Notes under the pieces: generated by a model
Told to the model about the DNA's origin: nothing
What the model saw: only the letters and a program-made list of their open reading frames with translations
Database searches by the model: none
In this document: piece after piece, positions 10,059 through 19,320 of the stretch
How the letters are laid out: each line of letters begins with the position of its first letter
Numbering within the stretch: position 1 is the first letter of the stretch
Made by a program: the position numbers and the translations under genes
IMG/VR virus record: IMGVR_UViG_3300040801_000626
Location: 1 to 41,936 of that record
DNA: 41,936 bases
Source: a virus
Strand: one strand, 5' to 3'

Positions 10059-10290
10059 CAATCTGCCCCCTCGTCCTGCCGGACCCATGGAGCCTCCCCA
10101 GAAGGAAAGTTTCTTTGAGGAGATGGACCGGGTTATCGAGGACATAGACCCGGCTAAGGGAGAGGGTATACGAAGCGACTACCTTCACGACTTCTCGGCC
10201 CGGAGTGAAGAAACACGTCAAAAGCTCCTGAGCTTACAGTCGTGGGTGAACCAGATATGGGCCGGACGCGCCGCCCTCGACGAGCAATAA
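9973..10290 (+). CDS. o-spanin (Rz1-like outer-membrane lipoprotein), overlapped architecture
   Basis: Lipobox in MNTKLISVLCVVILSGC (L-S-G-C, Cys17). Pro-rich mature part (LPPRPAGPMEPPQ). Strong RBS GAGGAGGAG before ATG 9973. Starts in a different frame inside the i-spanin gene. Confidence 0.8.
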   Translation: MNTKLISVLCVVILSGCNHAHTSALSSNNNLPPRPAGPMEPPQKESFFEEMDRVIEDIDPAKGEGIRSDYLHDFSARSEETRQKLLSLQSWVNQIWAGRAALDEQ

Positions 10291-10484
10291 CACCCGTTTT
10301 CCAATTCTCCTGTAAATATTATCAAAACCCCTTGTGAATAGGCCGTCAGCTCGTCACCCGGTCGCACGCCGGCATTTGCTTTTTGTTTAAAATCAAAGAG
10401 TTATAAGTAGGATAATATTCTTAATAAAAAATAACTTTAAAAAAGCTCATTTTCCAATTTACCGGACAAGATTATCATAATTGA

Positions 10485-12455
10485 CTATATGATAGATATG
10501 TAAACTTCTTCCTTGCCTGTCTTCTCTATGTAGTCACGCACAAAAGTAACCGTCGTATCACCAATCCTATGCCCTTTTGTAAGCATCTTTTCTAACAGGG
10601 CTTTAATCTCAATCTGTCCTTTATTCGCCCAATAGTTTTCTTCGGACTTCATTAACGCTACAGCTTTATTGACGGCCATCTTGGCAGAGTTGTCGTCCCT
10701 CATGCCCGATATGATGGCCTTGGCTACACGGTCCTCTATGCGCTCGTGAGATAGGGACACGTCCTCTTGTTTCAACACCCCTACGGTGTCGCCGGATTGT
10801 ATTCGTACTGCTTCTTTTTTAAACCATATAGGGTGGGACCGCGCTAAGGTTAAGTTCATCTTTGCGTCGTCAAGCCGAACCCATTTGTTACGGTCCTCGT
10901 CCCGGAAGCCATAACGTTCTGCGTCGTCTTCTGTAGGACCTACCAAAGTGAAAGCCACACGCGCCGCGTTCGTTATAGCCGAAGCTCCCCTAGCCATATC
11001 TACATCTCCGGCCCTGTTATTCATTTTACTAACATGGTGTAATGCCAACACCGACACGTTAGCCTCCCTCGCTATATATTGAAGGGTCTCCATAACAAAG
11101 TCCATCTTAGGGTTATCACTCTCGTCAACTTTGTGTATTTTAACAAGAGGGTCAAGAACCAATAACCCTACGTCGTCTGATTTTGCATACTCTATAAGTT
11201 GCCTAACAACCTCCTCGTTACGGTAAGCCTTCCTAAACTCTTCGTTTACCAAGTCCAACTTAATCTCAGCTTGTGATAGTAACATTATACTTGACGACAC
11301 ACTCTTATAGTCTAACAGGTTCTTATTACACATAGCCAAAAGACGACGCGATTGCTCGTGTACGTCGTCCTCAGCATTGTATACAATCGTCTTATATCCC
11401 CTATCAGGTTTTGAGTTCATAAACTCTTTCCCTAACGCTAAGTGTCCTGCAAGGGCTAACGATATAGAGGACTTACCAGCCGACCCGGCGGCAAGCATAA
11501 GTGTTACATTTTGCTTCATTAACACCCCGGGCATTAACCAAGGGCGCGGCGGTATGGCCATGGGTTCTACCGCATTACCAAAAGCTAAACCGACTTGCTC
11601 GAATATGGAAGGGGGTGGGGTAAGATGGGGCGTTATGTGACCGAAGAGAAACTCAGAGGATATGCGGCCCTCTGCGGCGGTAGCGTACCGGGATGCGTTA
11701 TCAACTTTTGTGTACAGATCGTCCAGTTCCCAAGGGGGTTGGCACCTCGGGTTATAATAGTCCCGCATAAGGACGCAGGCCGTTTCATACCCTATGCCTA
11801 ATTCTTTTTGTAATCGAGCGGCAACTTTAAAGGTGGTCTCGTCCCCGGACCGCCCCTCAATGGCTGGGGGTGCTGTTATAAGGTAGTTGATCGCGGCCTG
11901 TATAGCCGCTTGGCTGTCTAGCTCAAAGTCGCCTGCCCGGCCTTCCCTTTTGTACGGGTCCTTGAGGTGGACTTCAATAGTAGACGGTATCCATTTAATC
12001 GGCGCTTCATTCGCAACGACATACCACTCCGTACCTGTCCCCGGAATATAAGAACCCGGCGCGACGACGAAACCATTATGTGATCGCACATCGACCGATC
12101 CAGATATTGAAGCATTACCACTGTCGGGTCCGTTGAAGTAACAATGGTAGCCTCCTGTTGGAGTTTGAACCACGAGGGTATCGAACGTCCCTCCAATGTT
12201 AGCGTATTCATTTAATCCGTCCTTACCTTTCTTAACGTCAATATCTATAACCACCATGTCATTACAAAGACAGCCTATATTATAAGCTTTCTCCGTATTT
12301 AACACCGGGTCTGTCCACATACGACGTATAGTATCAACGTCCGTAGTGGCTAATTTTGGAAAGTTATCAAGCGCAGGCTCTTTAGAGTATTCCTTTAACG
12401 GAAAGACACGGAAGCCCCTTTGCGCCCACGATAACGCGGCGGCTAGTTGCGACAT
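10485..12455 (-). CDS. Bifunctional primase-polymerase (PrimPol/AEP) fused to RecA/DnaB-like replicative helicase
   Basis: N-terminal PrimPol signatures FRVFPLKEYSKEP, DIDVKKGKDG, TPTGGYHCYF and VDVRSHNGFVVAPGS. C-terminal NTPase with Walker A AAGSAGKSS and Walker B LLVLDPLVK, then ALHHVSK. Confidence 0.85.
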   Translation of the reverse strand: MSQLAAALSWAQRGFRVFPLKEYSKEPALDNFPKLATTDVDTIRRMWTDPVLNTEKAYNIGCLCNDMVVIDIDVKKGKDGLNEYANIGGTFDTLVVQTPTGGYHCYFNGPDSGNASISGSVDVRSHNGFVVAPGSYIPGTGTEWYVVANEAPIKWIPSTIEVHLKDPYKREGRAGDFELDSQAAIQAAINYLITAPPAIEGRSGDETTFKVAARLQKELGIGYETACVLMRDYYNPRCQPPWELDDLYTKVDNASRYATAAEGRISSEFLFGHITPHLTPPPSIFEQVGLAFGNAVEPMAIPPRPWLMPGVLMKQNVTLMLAAGSAGKSSISLALAGHLALGKEFMNSKPDRGYKTIVYNAEDDVHEQSRRLLAMCNKNLLDYKSVSSSIMLLSQAEIKLDLVNEEFRKAYRNEEVVRQLIEYAKSDDVGLLVLDPLVKIHKVDESDNPKMDFVMETLQYIAREANVSVLALHHVSKMNNRAGDVDMARGASAITNAARVAFTLVGPTEDDAERYGFRDEDRNKWVRLDDAKMNLTLARSHPIWFKKEAVRIQSGDTVGVLKQEDVSLSHERIEDRVAKAIISGMRDDNSAKMAVNKAVALMKSEENYWANKGQIEIKALLEKMLTKGHRIGDTTVTFVRDYIEKTGKEEVYISII

Positions 12456-12458
12456 GTC

Positions 12459-12710
12459 TTACCCTTTTAATTTTGATAGCCTATAAGTCCTTTTAGTTAT
12501 TCCCGGTTCTATCTTTTTACCTACACCATCCTTGGCCATGGACTCGTTGGTACGACTAAACGGCCCTCCAAGTTTCATTTGCATATCTCGTGCGTTCATA
12601 TCCCCCGGGTCCCCATATATCCTACTGTAAATAACTGCAACGTCGTAGTCTGTATTGTCTTCCAAAAAAGCCTCTTGAACTTTTTTCTGAAACATAGTGC
12701 TTGTCTTCAT
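12459..12710 (-). CDS. Hypothetical protein (83 aa)
   Basis: ORF track 12459..12734. Start moved to ATG 12710, which forms an ATGA overlap with the polymerase stop and has GGGAGG 8 nt upstream. Confidence 0.6.
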   Translation of the reverse strand: MKTSTMFQKKVQEAFLEDNTDYDVAVIYSRIYGDPGDMNARDMQMKLGGPFSRTNESMAKDGVGKKIEPGITKRTYRLSKLKG

Positions 12711-14860
12711 TTTACGTACCTCCCATACTCCCATGCCTTAACGGAGAGAGGAAGACCCTCAGCCCAATGCGGCAAAATTGACATTATATTTTCAAACTGT
12801 TTTACGTTCAGATCAGAACGGGACGTTGGAGTAAGAGCTACCACCTCGTCGTGAACCGTGAGGATGATAGGGTACTCTTGCGCTTCGAGGTCAAACATGC
12901 GGTCTACCATTAAATCTAATGATGCCGCCTGTACAATGTTCTCACATTGTAAACCTCCATAAAGGCTTTGCCTCTTCCACTGCTTTGTCGTGCTGTCTTG
13001 GCCGTAGAAGACAACCTTGTTACGCATAGCGGACTTTAGCTCCCCCGTTTTCTTATCTGTGTATGTAAATTCTTCGTTTTGTATTTCAGGGGAAGAATAG
13101 CACAGCATACGCCCGGAGGGAAGAAGGCACCATAGGCACCGTTCGTCTGAATAATACCCGATACGTCCGTCCGCGACTTTAATCACGTTGTAGGGGTCTG
13201 ATACGGCCTCAATAGCGGCATCCTGATAGTCCCACCACGATTGTACGATCGCAGGATTAGTGGCCCTCCACTTATCCACAATAATTTTAATGGCCGTCCA
13301 CTCTTTCTCTTGGAGGTCACACTTCATATTGGATTTAGCATACTGCGCGGCGGTAAAATCCCACACCTCAGGGGCCGTAGTTTCGTACATAGGGCCTGAA
13401 AAATCAAAGGGGGTAATGCCGTAGTTATCAGCCATAGAGATATACGCGTTTATACTACCCTGATACCCGCAGGCCAACTCTTGCACCTTACCAACTTGTC
13501 GTCCCCAATCGTCAATGTCGTCTAACGGGGTGTTCATGGAGCGAGAGAACGCTAATTTATATAAGTCGGGTCCTACCCCGTTGTCGTATTCGTGAAAGGC
13601 TTTTAGTTTCCACGCCTCATTAGCCAACCAAGCATTGACCCGGCCTTCAATGTTACTAAAGTCGCCGCCTATTAACTGCGTCCCCTCCGGGGCTTTAATC
13701 ATGGAGCGTAAAGCGCGTGATAAAAGTTCTATCACCATATCGTCGCCATGAACACAAGCTATACGATCATATATATCTTTAATAGGCATGTCCGTTATGA
13801 ACATACTTTGCATCCACTCAAAGATAGTCGCTTCTTTCTCGTAGTCAACACGAGGCAAATTCTGAGGTTGCACTAAACGTCCGGCCCACCGTCCCGTTGA
13901 CGCGCCATGGTAATTTAATAAACCTTTAATGGTACCATCGACACACACCGAATTAAGCATGGCCTGATATTTAGCGGTACTTGTTTTCTTTGAAGCCTTT
14001 CTAAGCTTTATAGCCTCGATAGCCTCTTTGTCCCCGTTCATCTCTGCCATAAAAAGTATGTTAGGTATGACACCTTTTTTAACAGTGTCGAAATTAAGGC
14101 CGCGACTTTGTAACCATTCTAGCATCTTAGCGTCTGTCGAACATTTAGGGACGGCGCGATTTGTGATTTGTCGCATACGTTTATCCGCTTGTCGCTTTGC
14201 ATACTCTACCAACTCATTAGAGCGTTCAACGGCCTTAACATCTATAGGTATACCCCGTTCATTTATAACTTGGTCTAGCTCCCATGTACGCCGTTGTAGT
14301 TCCGACATTTGTGGCAACTTTTCGTCAACTTCACTCTCTGTTAGAACGTCTTGAACGCAATATGCCTCAAGCCTTTCTACATTATCAATCTGGTCCCACC
14401 ACTCAGGCTCTCCGTCTGCGTTTATCCGGCGCGGTTTTGCCATCTTTTTCATTAAGGCGCTACCAACTTCGTCTTTTTCTTGGCTACTACCAACTACCTT
14501 ACATAGCTTTTCAAGGACCTGAGGGTGGGCGACGGTAGACGCACGAGCTAACGTACAATCCTGATTAGCAATCTGTAACTTTGGCCAGTGGGGTTTATGT
14601 ATGGCGACTAAATGCTGGTTCCATATCGTACGTTCAAAAGCCGCGTTGTGCGCGGTGACGATACCTCCGCGTTCAATATGGCGTAGTAACTCTACCGGGT
14701 CTGGCATCCCATGCTTCCATAGGTGGACAGGCCCTTGACCTATACGCCACGCAAAACACCAAATCCCTGTATGAGGGTCCTCCACATAGCGGAAGACCCC
14801 CGAGGTTTTTAGGTTCGTCGTGCTTCGTGTCTCGAAGTCGATATGTGCGGCCAACCCCAT
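12707..14860 (-). CDS. Family A DNA polymerase with 3'-5' exonuclease domain
   Basis: Exo I HIDFETRS. Polymerase motif A GGDFSNIEGR, motif B GKVQELACGYQGS, motif C LTVHDEVV. 717 aa. Confidence 0.9.
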   Translation of the reverse strand: MGLAAHIDFETRSTTNLKTSGVFRYVEDPHTGIWCFAWRIGQGPVHLWKHGMPDPVELLRHIERGGIVTAHNAAFERTIWNQHLVAIHKPHWPKLQIANQDCTLARASTVAHPQVLEKLCKVVGSSQEKDEVGSALMKKMAKPRRINADGEPEWWDQIDNVERLEAYCVQDVLTESEVDEKLPQMSELQRRTWELDQVINERGIPIDVKAVERSNELVEYAKRQADKRMRQITNRAVPKCSTDAKMLEWLQSRGLNFDTVKKGVIPNILFMAEMNGDKEAIEAIKLRKASKKTSTAKYQAMLNSVCVDGTIKGLLNYHGASTGRWAGRLVQPQNLPRVDYEKEATIFEWMQSMFITDMPIKDIYDRIACVHGDDMVIELLSRALRSMIKAPEGTQLIGGDFSNIEGRVNAWLANEAWKLKAFHEYDNGVGPDLYKLAFSRSMNTPLDDIDDWGRQVGKVQELACGYQGSINAYISMADNYGITPFDFSGPMYETTAPEVWDFTAAQYAKSNMKCDLQEKEWTAIKIIVDKWRATNPAIVQSWWDYQDAAIEAVSDPYNVIKVADGRIGYYSDERCLWCLLPSGRMLCYSSPEIQNEEFTYTDKKTGELKSAMRNKVVFYGQDSTTKQWKRQSLYGGLQCENIVQAASLDLMVDRMFDLEAQEYPIILTVHDEVVALTPTSRSDLNVKQFENIMSILPHWAEGLPLSVKAWEYGRYVK

Positions 14861-14868
14861 AATGACTA

Positions 14869-15714
14869 TTAATTCATAAAGTCAAAATCCGAAGGGGATG
14901 TAGTCGCAGGAGCCGCAGAGTGTTGGCCGGGTTGCGTACTTGACGGCGGTGTAGCAGTCGGTGCAGTACCCGGAGGGGTAAACCCCGCTGGAGCTGGTGC
15001 GCCTGCCGGAGCCGAGTAGCCGGGAAGGCCCTGAGGCTGTTGTGGCACGTTGTTATTACCCATACCCGACATATCAGGACGAGAGATAGGGGCCGACACG
15101 TTCACGCCCGCAAACTGATCTTTATTGGCCTTAGCGCCGCCGCCAAACTTCTTATCGTCACCAATAATCATAACGTTCTGAAGACCGAAGCTTATGCCCT
15201 TATTCGTTTTGGTTTTATAGGCATAAGTGTTAACAGCGCAGATAGCCCATACGCCCGGGTACACTTTTGACTCGTCTACAATGGGGTTATAACGAATATC
15301 TGTAACAGGGGGTTGGTATCGTGACCCCGCGTTAATATAAACGCATCCCGGGGTGAAGCCGCCAAAACGGGTCTTCTCGGACTGATCTTTAAAGGGGGAT
15401 TTAACGCCTTGATACTGTTGTCCGTCCCACATGGCCGAAAATTCCTCGCCGCATGTTTGGTAAAATGCGTCATAAAATAATTGCAAATTTACGTTAGGGG
15501 GGAATAGCAACGCGGCACCATATTTGTCCTCGTCGTTGTCGTCCTTATTAGGTTTAAACAAAGCGTCAAAGGCAAGCCGTACAGGCCCGGTGATAATGTC
15601 CCCGGTAGGTTGTCCGGTATCTTGGTTAAAGACGAGTTGTGGAGGGCAGGAGGCCATGGTCTGTGTAATCCACTGGTCTCCCACAATGCTGTCGTTCATA
15701 ATAGTGGTAGTCAT
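14869..15714 (-). CDS. DUF2815-type phage ssDNA-binding protein
   Basis: Sits between the nuclease and the polymerase, as in the known DUF2800-DUF2815-PolA module. N-terminal OB-like region (TGPVRLAFDALFKP), a Pro/Gln/Ala-rich disordered tail and an acidic-aromatic tip SDFDFMN typical of SSB C-termini. Confidence 0.6.
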   Translation of the reverse strand: MTTTIMNDSIVGDQWITQTMASCPPQLVFNQDTGQPTGDIITGPVRLAFDALFKPNKDDNDEDKYGAALLFPPNVNLQLFYDAFYQTCGEEFSAMWDGQQYQGVKSPFKDQSEKTRFGGFTPGCVYINAGSRYQPPVTDIRYNPIVDESKVYPGVWAICAVNTYAYKTKTNKGISFGLQNVMIIGDDKKFGGGAKANKDQFAGVNVSAPISRPDMSGMGNNNVPQQPQGLPGYSAPAGAPAPAGFTPPGTAPTATPPSSTQPGQHSAAPATTSPSDFDFMN

Positions 15715-15717
15715 TTT

Positions 15718-17007
15718 TCAATTCTCCTTTGGTGGTTGAATATATCCGACACCCTCGAACACTTGACGGCTGGAATTAACCGCCTGCCGCCCATCCTCCT
15801 CCGGTACGAGGGTTAAATTACCTGAGGACTCTTTAGTAGTAAAATACGCAAACTGTTTTCCCGCGTCTTCAGCCGCAAGCTTCCGCTTCTTTTTGGCTAC
15901 ACGTTTTTTAAATGCGTCTTTCACTTTACGCTCCGCTTCCGTTATCGTTATAAACTTCTGCGAGAATAGCTTATCTGTGTCACACCCGATCAGCGCCGCT
16001 AACTTAGGGGCTATGTCGTCGGGGTCTCCATTCCAATGCCGCTTTGCCTTGGCCTCTACCAACTTAAATCCCGGTACGTCCTTGCCATTATTGAGCATCT
16101 CATAGGCGTAACTTTCCACGCCGTCTATCCAGTTTTTTAGTAAAGGTAGGGCTTGTAGGATATAACTGATACGCGCTGGAGGTAACGACTTTACGTCTGG
16201 TATCTTAGGACCTTGTATATCCTCCGGCGTATTAAACTCAGGGTTAATAACCTGTACCGCTTTAGCCTGTAGTGCGGGGCAAGCGTAGTTACCGTCGCAA
16301 TATTTGCAATACTCGCCGGGTATCAAGGGCGCATCCGGCTCTTTAGATTTTTTAATAATCTCGTCAAGCTCGAAAAGGTATTCCAGTACATCGACAGGAG
16401 ATAAATCTACCTCTCTAACAATACCGTCTTTGTGAAAGCTATTAGGCTGTACAATTACTAATGTTATTAAATCGAAGTCAGACGGCTTTAATTGGCCGTC
16501 ACCATATAATAACCCTGCGGCATACTGTCGGGGTTGTCTTGCGGTTGTAATATCTACATCTTTATAGCCATGTTTATAATCGGCAATAACGAGGGTCCGG
16601 GCTTTTAAGCTATATATCGCTATATCTAAATAACCTCCCGCATCTCCCGGCGCTTCTGAAACTTGGGGGTTAACATACTCCTCTACCATTAACACCGCGT
16701 CACCGTATACGTCGTTTAGGTCCGCGTAGGTTGCGGCTACCCAATCAAAAGCGGTATTAACAGCATGTATAAAAGAGGAGTCATAATTCTTATCTTTGTG
16801 TTTACTCAGGGCCTTGGCGGCGTGGAACCTATACACACCCTTTTCTAGCCCGGCGGCCAATATGTCGTGGGCCTCGGTGCCAACCCGGGCATAGCCGCCG
16901 TCCCGTCTCGGAGGAACGCGATCTAAAAATGATACGCTCCCCGGACAGTTCGCAATGCGATCTGCCTGAGAGGGAGAATAGCGGCTATGTGGGCGGTCTT
17001 CGTTCAT
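15718..17007 (-). CDS. DUF2800-type PD-(D/E)XK (Cas4-like) nuclease
   Basis: YSPSQADRIANCPGS and GTEAHD at the N-terminus. Core VIADYKHGYKDV (D/E-x-K) and QPRQYAAGLLYG. Cys cluster CKYCDGNYACP. Confidence 0.7.
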   Translation of the reverse strand: MNEDRPHSRYSPSQADRIANCPGSVSFLDRVPPRRDGGYARVGTEAHDILAAGLEKGVYRFHAAKALSKHKDKNYDSSFIHAVNTAFDWVAATYADLNDVYGDAVLMVEEYVNPQVSEAPGDAGGYLDIAIYSLKARTLVIADYKHGYKDVDITTARQPRQYAAGLLYGDGQLKPSDFDLITLVIVQPNSFHKDGIVREVDLSPVDVLEYLFELDEIIKKSKEPDAPLIPGEYCKYCDGNYACPALQAKAVQVINPEFNTPEDIQGPKIPDVKSLPPARISYILQALPLLKNWIDGVESYAYEMLNNGKDVPGFKLVEAKAKRHWNGDPDDIAPKLAALIGCDTDKLFSQKFITITEAERKVKDAFKKRVAKKKRKLAAEDAGKQFAYFTTKESSGNLTLVPEEDGRQAVNSSRQVFEGVGYIQPPKEN

Positions 17008-17357
17008 TACAGGGCAAAAACCTGTAAGGCTAACGGATAATTTGCCTCTGGAATGTCTGAGATTTTAGTAGCGCCACCGACTTCGGCAAACTTTGCCTTC
17101 GTTGCTACGGGGCCGTGAGCGTCCGCGTATGCCTGTACGGCCTGTTGCACTTGGGCCAAGGTTACATTACCGCCCTGCGCCGGAGCCTGTGGGGCCGGAG
17201 CCTGTGGGGCCGGAGCCTGTGGGGCCGGAGCCTGTGGGGCCGGAGCCTGTGGGGCCGGAGCCGGGGCGTGGTTGTTTGCGGGGGCCGGAGCGGCACCACG
17301 GATAGCTTGCATAGCCTCTTCAAGACTATTAAATTTTACGTATACTTCTGGCATCAT
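17007..17357 (-). CDS. Small two-domain protein with (APAPQ)5 linker
   Basis: 116-aa ORF with RBS AAGGAG. The centre is encoded by the 15-bp tandem repeat. No family recognised. Confidence 0.7.
   Translation of the reverse strand: MMPEVYVKFNSLEEAMQAIRGAAPAPANNHAPAPAPQAPAPQAPAPQAPAPQAPAPQAPAQGGNVTLAQVQQAVQAYADAHGPVATKAKFAEVGGATKISDIPEANYPLALQVFAL
17180..17262. repeat. 15-bp tandem repeat, 5 full copies plus an 8-nt partial copy
   Basis: CCGGAGCCTGTGGGG repeated head to tail at 17180, 17195, 17210, 17225 and 17240, then a partial copy at 17255-17262. Encodes APAPQ x5 on the minus strand. Confidence 0.95.
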
Positions 17358-17377
17358 TTTTCTCCTTTAGAGTTTAG
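17354..17377 (-). repeat. 24-bp direct repeat, copy 1 (translation-initiation region of 17007-17357)
   Basis: TCATTTTTCTCCTTTAGAGTTTAG is identical at 17644-17667. The minus strand reads CTAAACTCTAAAGGAGAAAAATGA (RBS + ATG). Confidence 0.9.
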
Positions 17378-17643
17378 ATTTAAGTTAAAAAGTGGTGGGT
17401 TTAGCTATGCTTCTTACTAAAGACATGAACCCTTTTTGTAAGTCCGTTTTAGCGATAGCGAGCCACCTTGGGTCGGCGGGTTCATGTATAGGTACATTAT
17501 TGTCGTGGTGTGTATGAGATAAACGTTCGACAAGGTCTCCTACTTACTCGGCTAAATTTTTAGCTTCGTTCATAAGTTCAATATCCTCTTCGGTTAAATC
17601 TCTATAACCTTTAATCTTTTCGTGTTGATCTTTTACCACGGCT

Positions 17644-17667
17644 TCATTTTTCTCCTTTAGAGTTTAG
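17644..17667 (-). repeat. 24-bp direct repeat, copy 2 (orphan RBS + ATG after the SNF2 gene)
   Basis: Identical to 17354-17377. Here the ATG opens only a 4-codon ORF (MKPW, 17633-17647). Confidence 0.9.
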
Positions 17668-17690
17668 TGTTAAACATGTTTACCGCACCG

Positions 17691-19055
17691 TCAATAACTT
17701 GTCAACGGGGCGGCGGCCATTTGTTCACCATCAATTTGTGCGATAGCGGCAGTTTTTTCCGCAACTATAGTGTTGACCGTTTCATCTATTGTGTTGGCCA
17801 ACGTTATAAACCGCGCGGACACGTCTTGTCTTTGTCCATAGCGGTGAACCCTTTTAATCGCCTGAGCGTTACCAGCCGGGGACCAGTCGCTTTCTAGCAT
17901 ATCTATCTCGGAACTTTCCGTGAGTGTTAACCCGGTGCCTGCAACTTTTATGTTACCAATAAACACCATGCACTCCGGGTCATTCATAAATCTCTCTACG
18001 GCCTCTATCCGGTCGTTTTCCGACGTAGCGCCATAGGCCATAACAGCGTCGTACCCGTTAGTCACTAAATAGTGGTGTAGGTATTGGATAGGCTCGGAGT
18101 GTATCGCAAACACAACACGCTTACCGGACCCGGCATCTAACTCCCACTTCAACGTCTGGGCGTAAGGTATAACCTTCGACTTACCAACTAAACGCCTTAG
18201 CGTTGCGATATACTCCGCATCTAAATTGGATAGACCACCACTTTCGATAGCGTCCAATACCGCTTCCTCAATAAACGGGAACTGCTTAATCATGTCGGCT
18301 ATCTCTTTGGTGTCGCCGTCCACCATGACCTCTTTCATAAAGATAGGGGGCAACTCCATACCTACATCATTATGAAAGCGCCTTATAGAGTTATTAAGTA
18401 TAAGCTCCCGTAGCATCCCCGTTAGCTCAGGTCTTACACTATGTTTCTCGGAGAATGAAGTCGATCTACTTTTAAAAAATGTCTTCTTAAATTCTGCCGG
18501 GGTTAAATCCATGGCCTTTGCAAAACGTAGAAAGGCGTATATGTCGTTAGGGTCATTAGCCATAGGCGTACCTGTCACATGCCAAGCATAACAAGCCCAC
18601 TGTACCCATGAGTGCTTACCACTGGCATGTAACCCTAATATCTGTTTTGTTCTATTAGCGTCAACGTTCTTTAAGTAGTGGGCCTCGTCCATTACAAGGA
18701 AGTCTATAAACTCGCCTTGCTTACCAAACTCTTTTCTCCACTTCGCCGCTTGCTCGTAGGACATAATGATAACGTCGAATTTGTTACGGGTCCACGCTAT
18801 AAAATCGTGTATCGTAGAGCCTTTACAAATACGCAAAGGGTACTTTGAAAACTTTCTAAATTCGTTAATCCAGTTTTGACGTAGCATTGCCGGGCATATA
18901 ATAACCCCACGTCGTCCGTTTATCCTATTGATAGCGCCTATGGTCGTTGCGGTTTTACCAATACCCATCTCGTCGTGCAAGCCGAAGCGGGACCGCGAGG
19001 CCATGATCTCGGCGGCGTATTCCTGATAGCCAAATAGGGGTAAGGGTTCCGTCAT
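17691..19055 (-). CDS. SNF2-family (DEAD/DEAH-like) helicase
   Basis: Motif I DEMGIGKTATT and motif II MDEAHYLKN. Also TGTPMANDP. Helicase-C region VFIGNIKVAGTGLTLT and QAIKRVHRYGQ. Confidence 0.9.
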   Translation of the reverse strand: MTEPLPLFGYQEYAAEIMASRSRFGLHDEMGIGKTATTIGAINRINGRRGVIICPAMLRQNWINEFRKFSKYPLRICKGSTIHDFIAWTRNKFDVIIMSYEQAAKWRKEFGKQGEFIDFLVMDEAHYLKNVDANRTKQILGLHASGKHSWVQWACYAWHVTGTPMANDPNDIYAFLRFAKAMDLTPAEFKKTFFKSRSTSFSEKHSVRPELTGMLRELILNNSIRRFHNDVGMELPPIFMKEVMVDGDTKEIADMIKQFPFIEEAVLDAIESGGLSNLDAEYIATLRRLVGKSKVIPYAQTLKWELDAGSGKRVVFAIHSEPIQYLHHYLVTNGYDAVMAYGATSENDRIEAVERFMNDPECMVFIGNIKVAGTGLTLTESSEIDMLESDWSPAGNAQAIKRVHRYGQRQDVSARFITLANTIDETVNTIVAEKTAAIAQIDGEQMAAAPLTSY

Positions 19056-19291
19056 AGGGTAGGAGCGCCGCCGGGGTTAAAGTCGAAGTTGGTTTGTTTG
19101 GAGCAAGGCTCTACGTCCTCTTGTGGGTTGGATACATAGTCCATGCCGCCATGAAAGCGTTCTGCGTCCTTAGTAAATATAACGCCTGTATTCATACTCA
19201 TATACACGATACTTGTTCTTTGGGTTTCAACGCAAAATACCGGAAAGAGCATACGGTATAACACACCGGATTTTCTATGTCTAAATATCAT
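19052..19291 (-). CDS. DUF1653-like small protein
   Basis: FRHRKSGVLYRMLFPVFCVETQRTSIVYMSM...FTKDAERF resembles the DUF1653 pattern (YRHYKG-x-Y ... hsET ... VvY ... RP...F). Identified from memory only. Confidence 0.5.
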   Translation of the reverse strand: MIFRHRKSGVLYRMLFPVFCVETQRTSIVYMSMNTGVIFTKDAERFHGGMDYVSNPQEDVEPCSKQTNFDFNPGGAPTL

Positions 19292-19320
19292 TTTTATCTC
19301 CCTGAAAAATAAAACTTATT

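Noticed and set aside
10291-10484. Convergent junction of the two arms: looked for a bidirectional terminator; also a 10-nt direct repeat TTTTCCAATT at 10297-10306 and 10450-10459
   Set aside because: Only a 4-bp CCGG stem plus a T-run (about 10358-10386) is visible, which is too weak to call. The 10-mer pair could be chance in AT-rich DNA.
17093-17420. Two plus-strand ORFs with GPEPV and SLWGR repeats
   Set aside because: They exist only because the 15-bp tandem repeat keeps every frame open. The minus-strand frame has the RBS, ATG and operon context.
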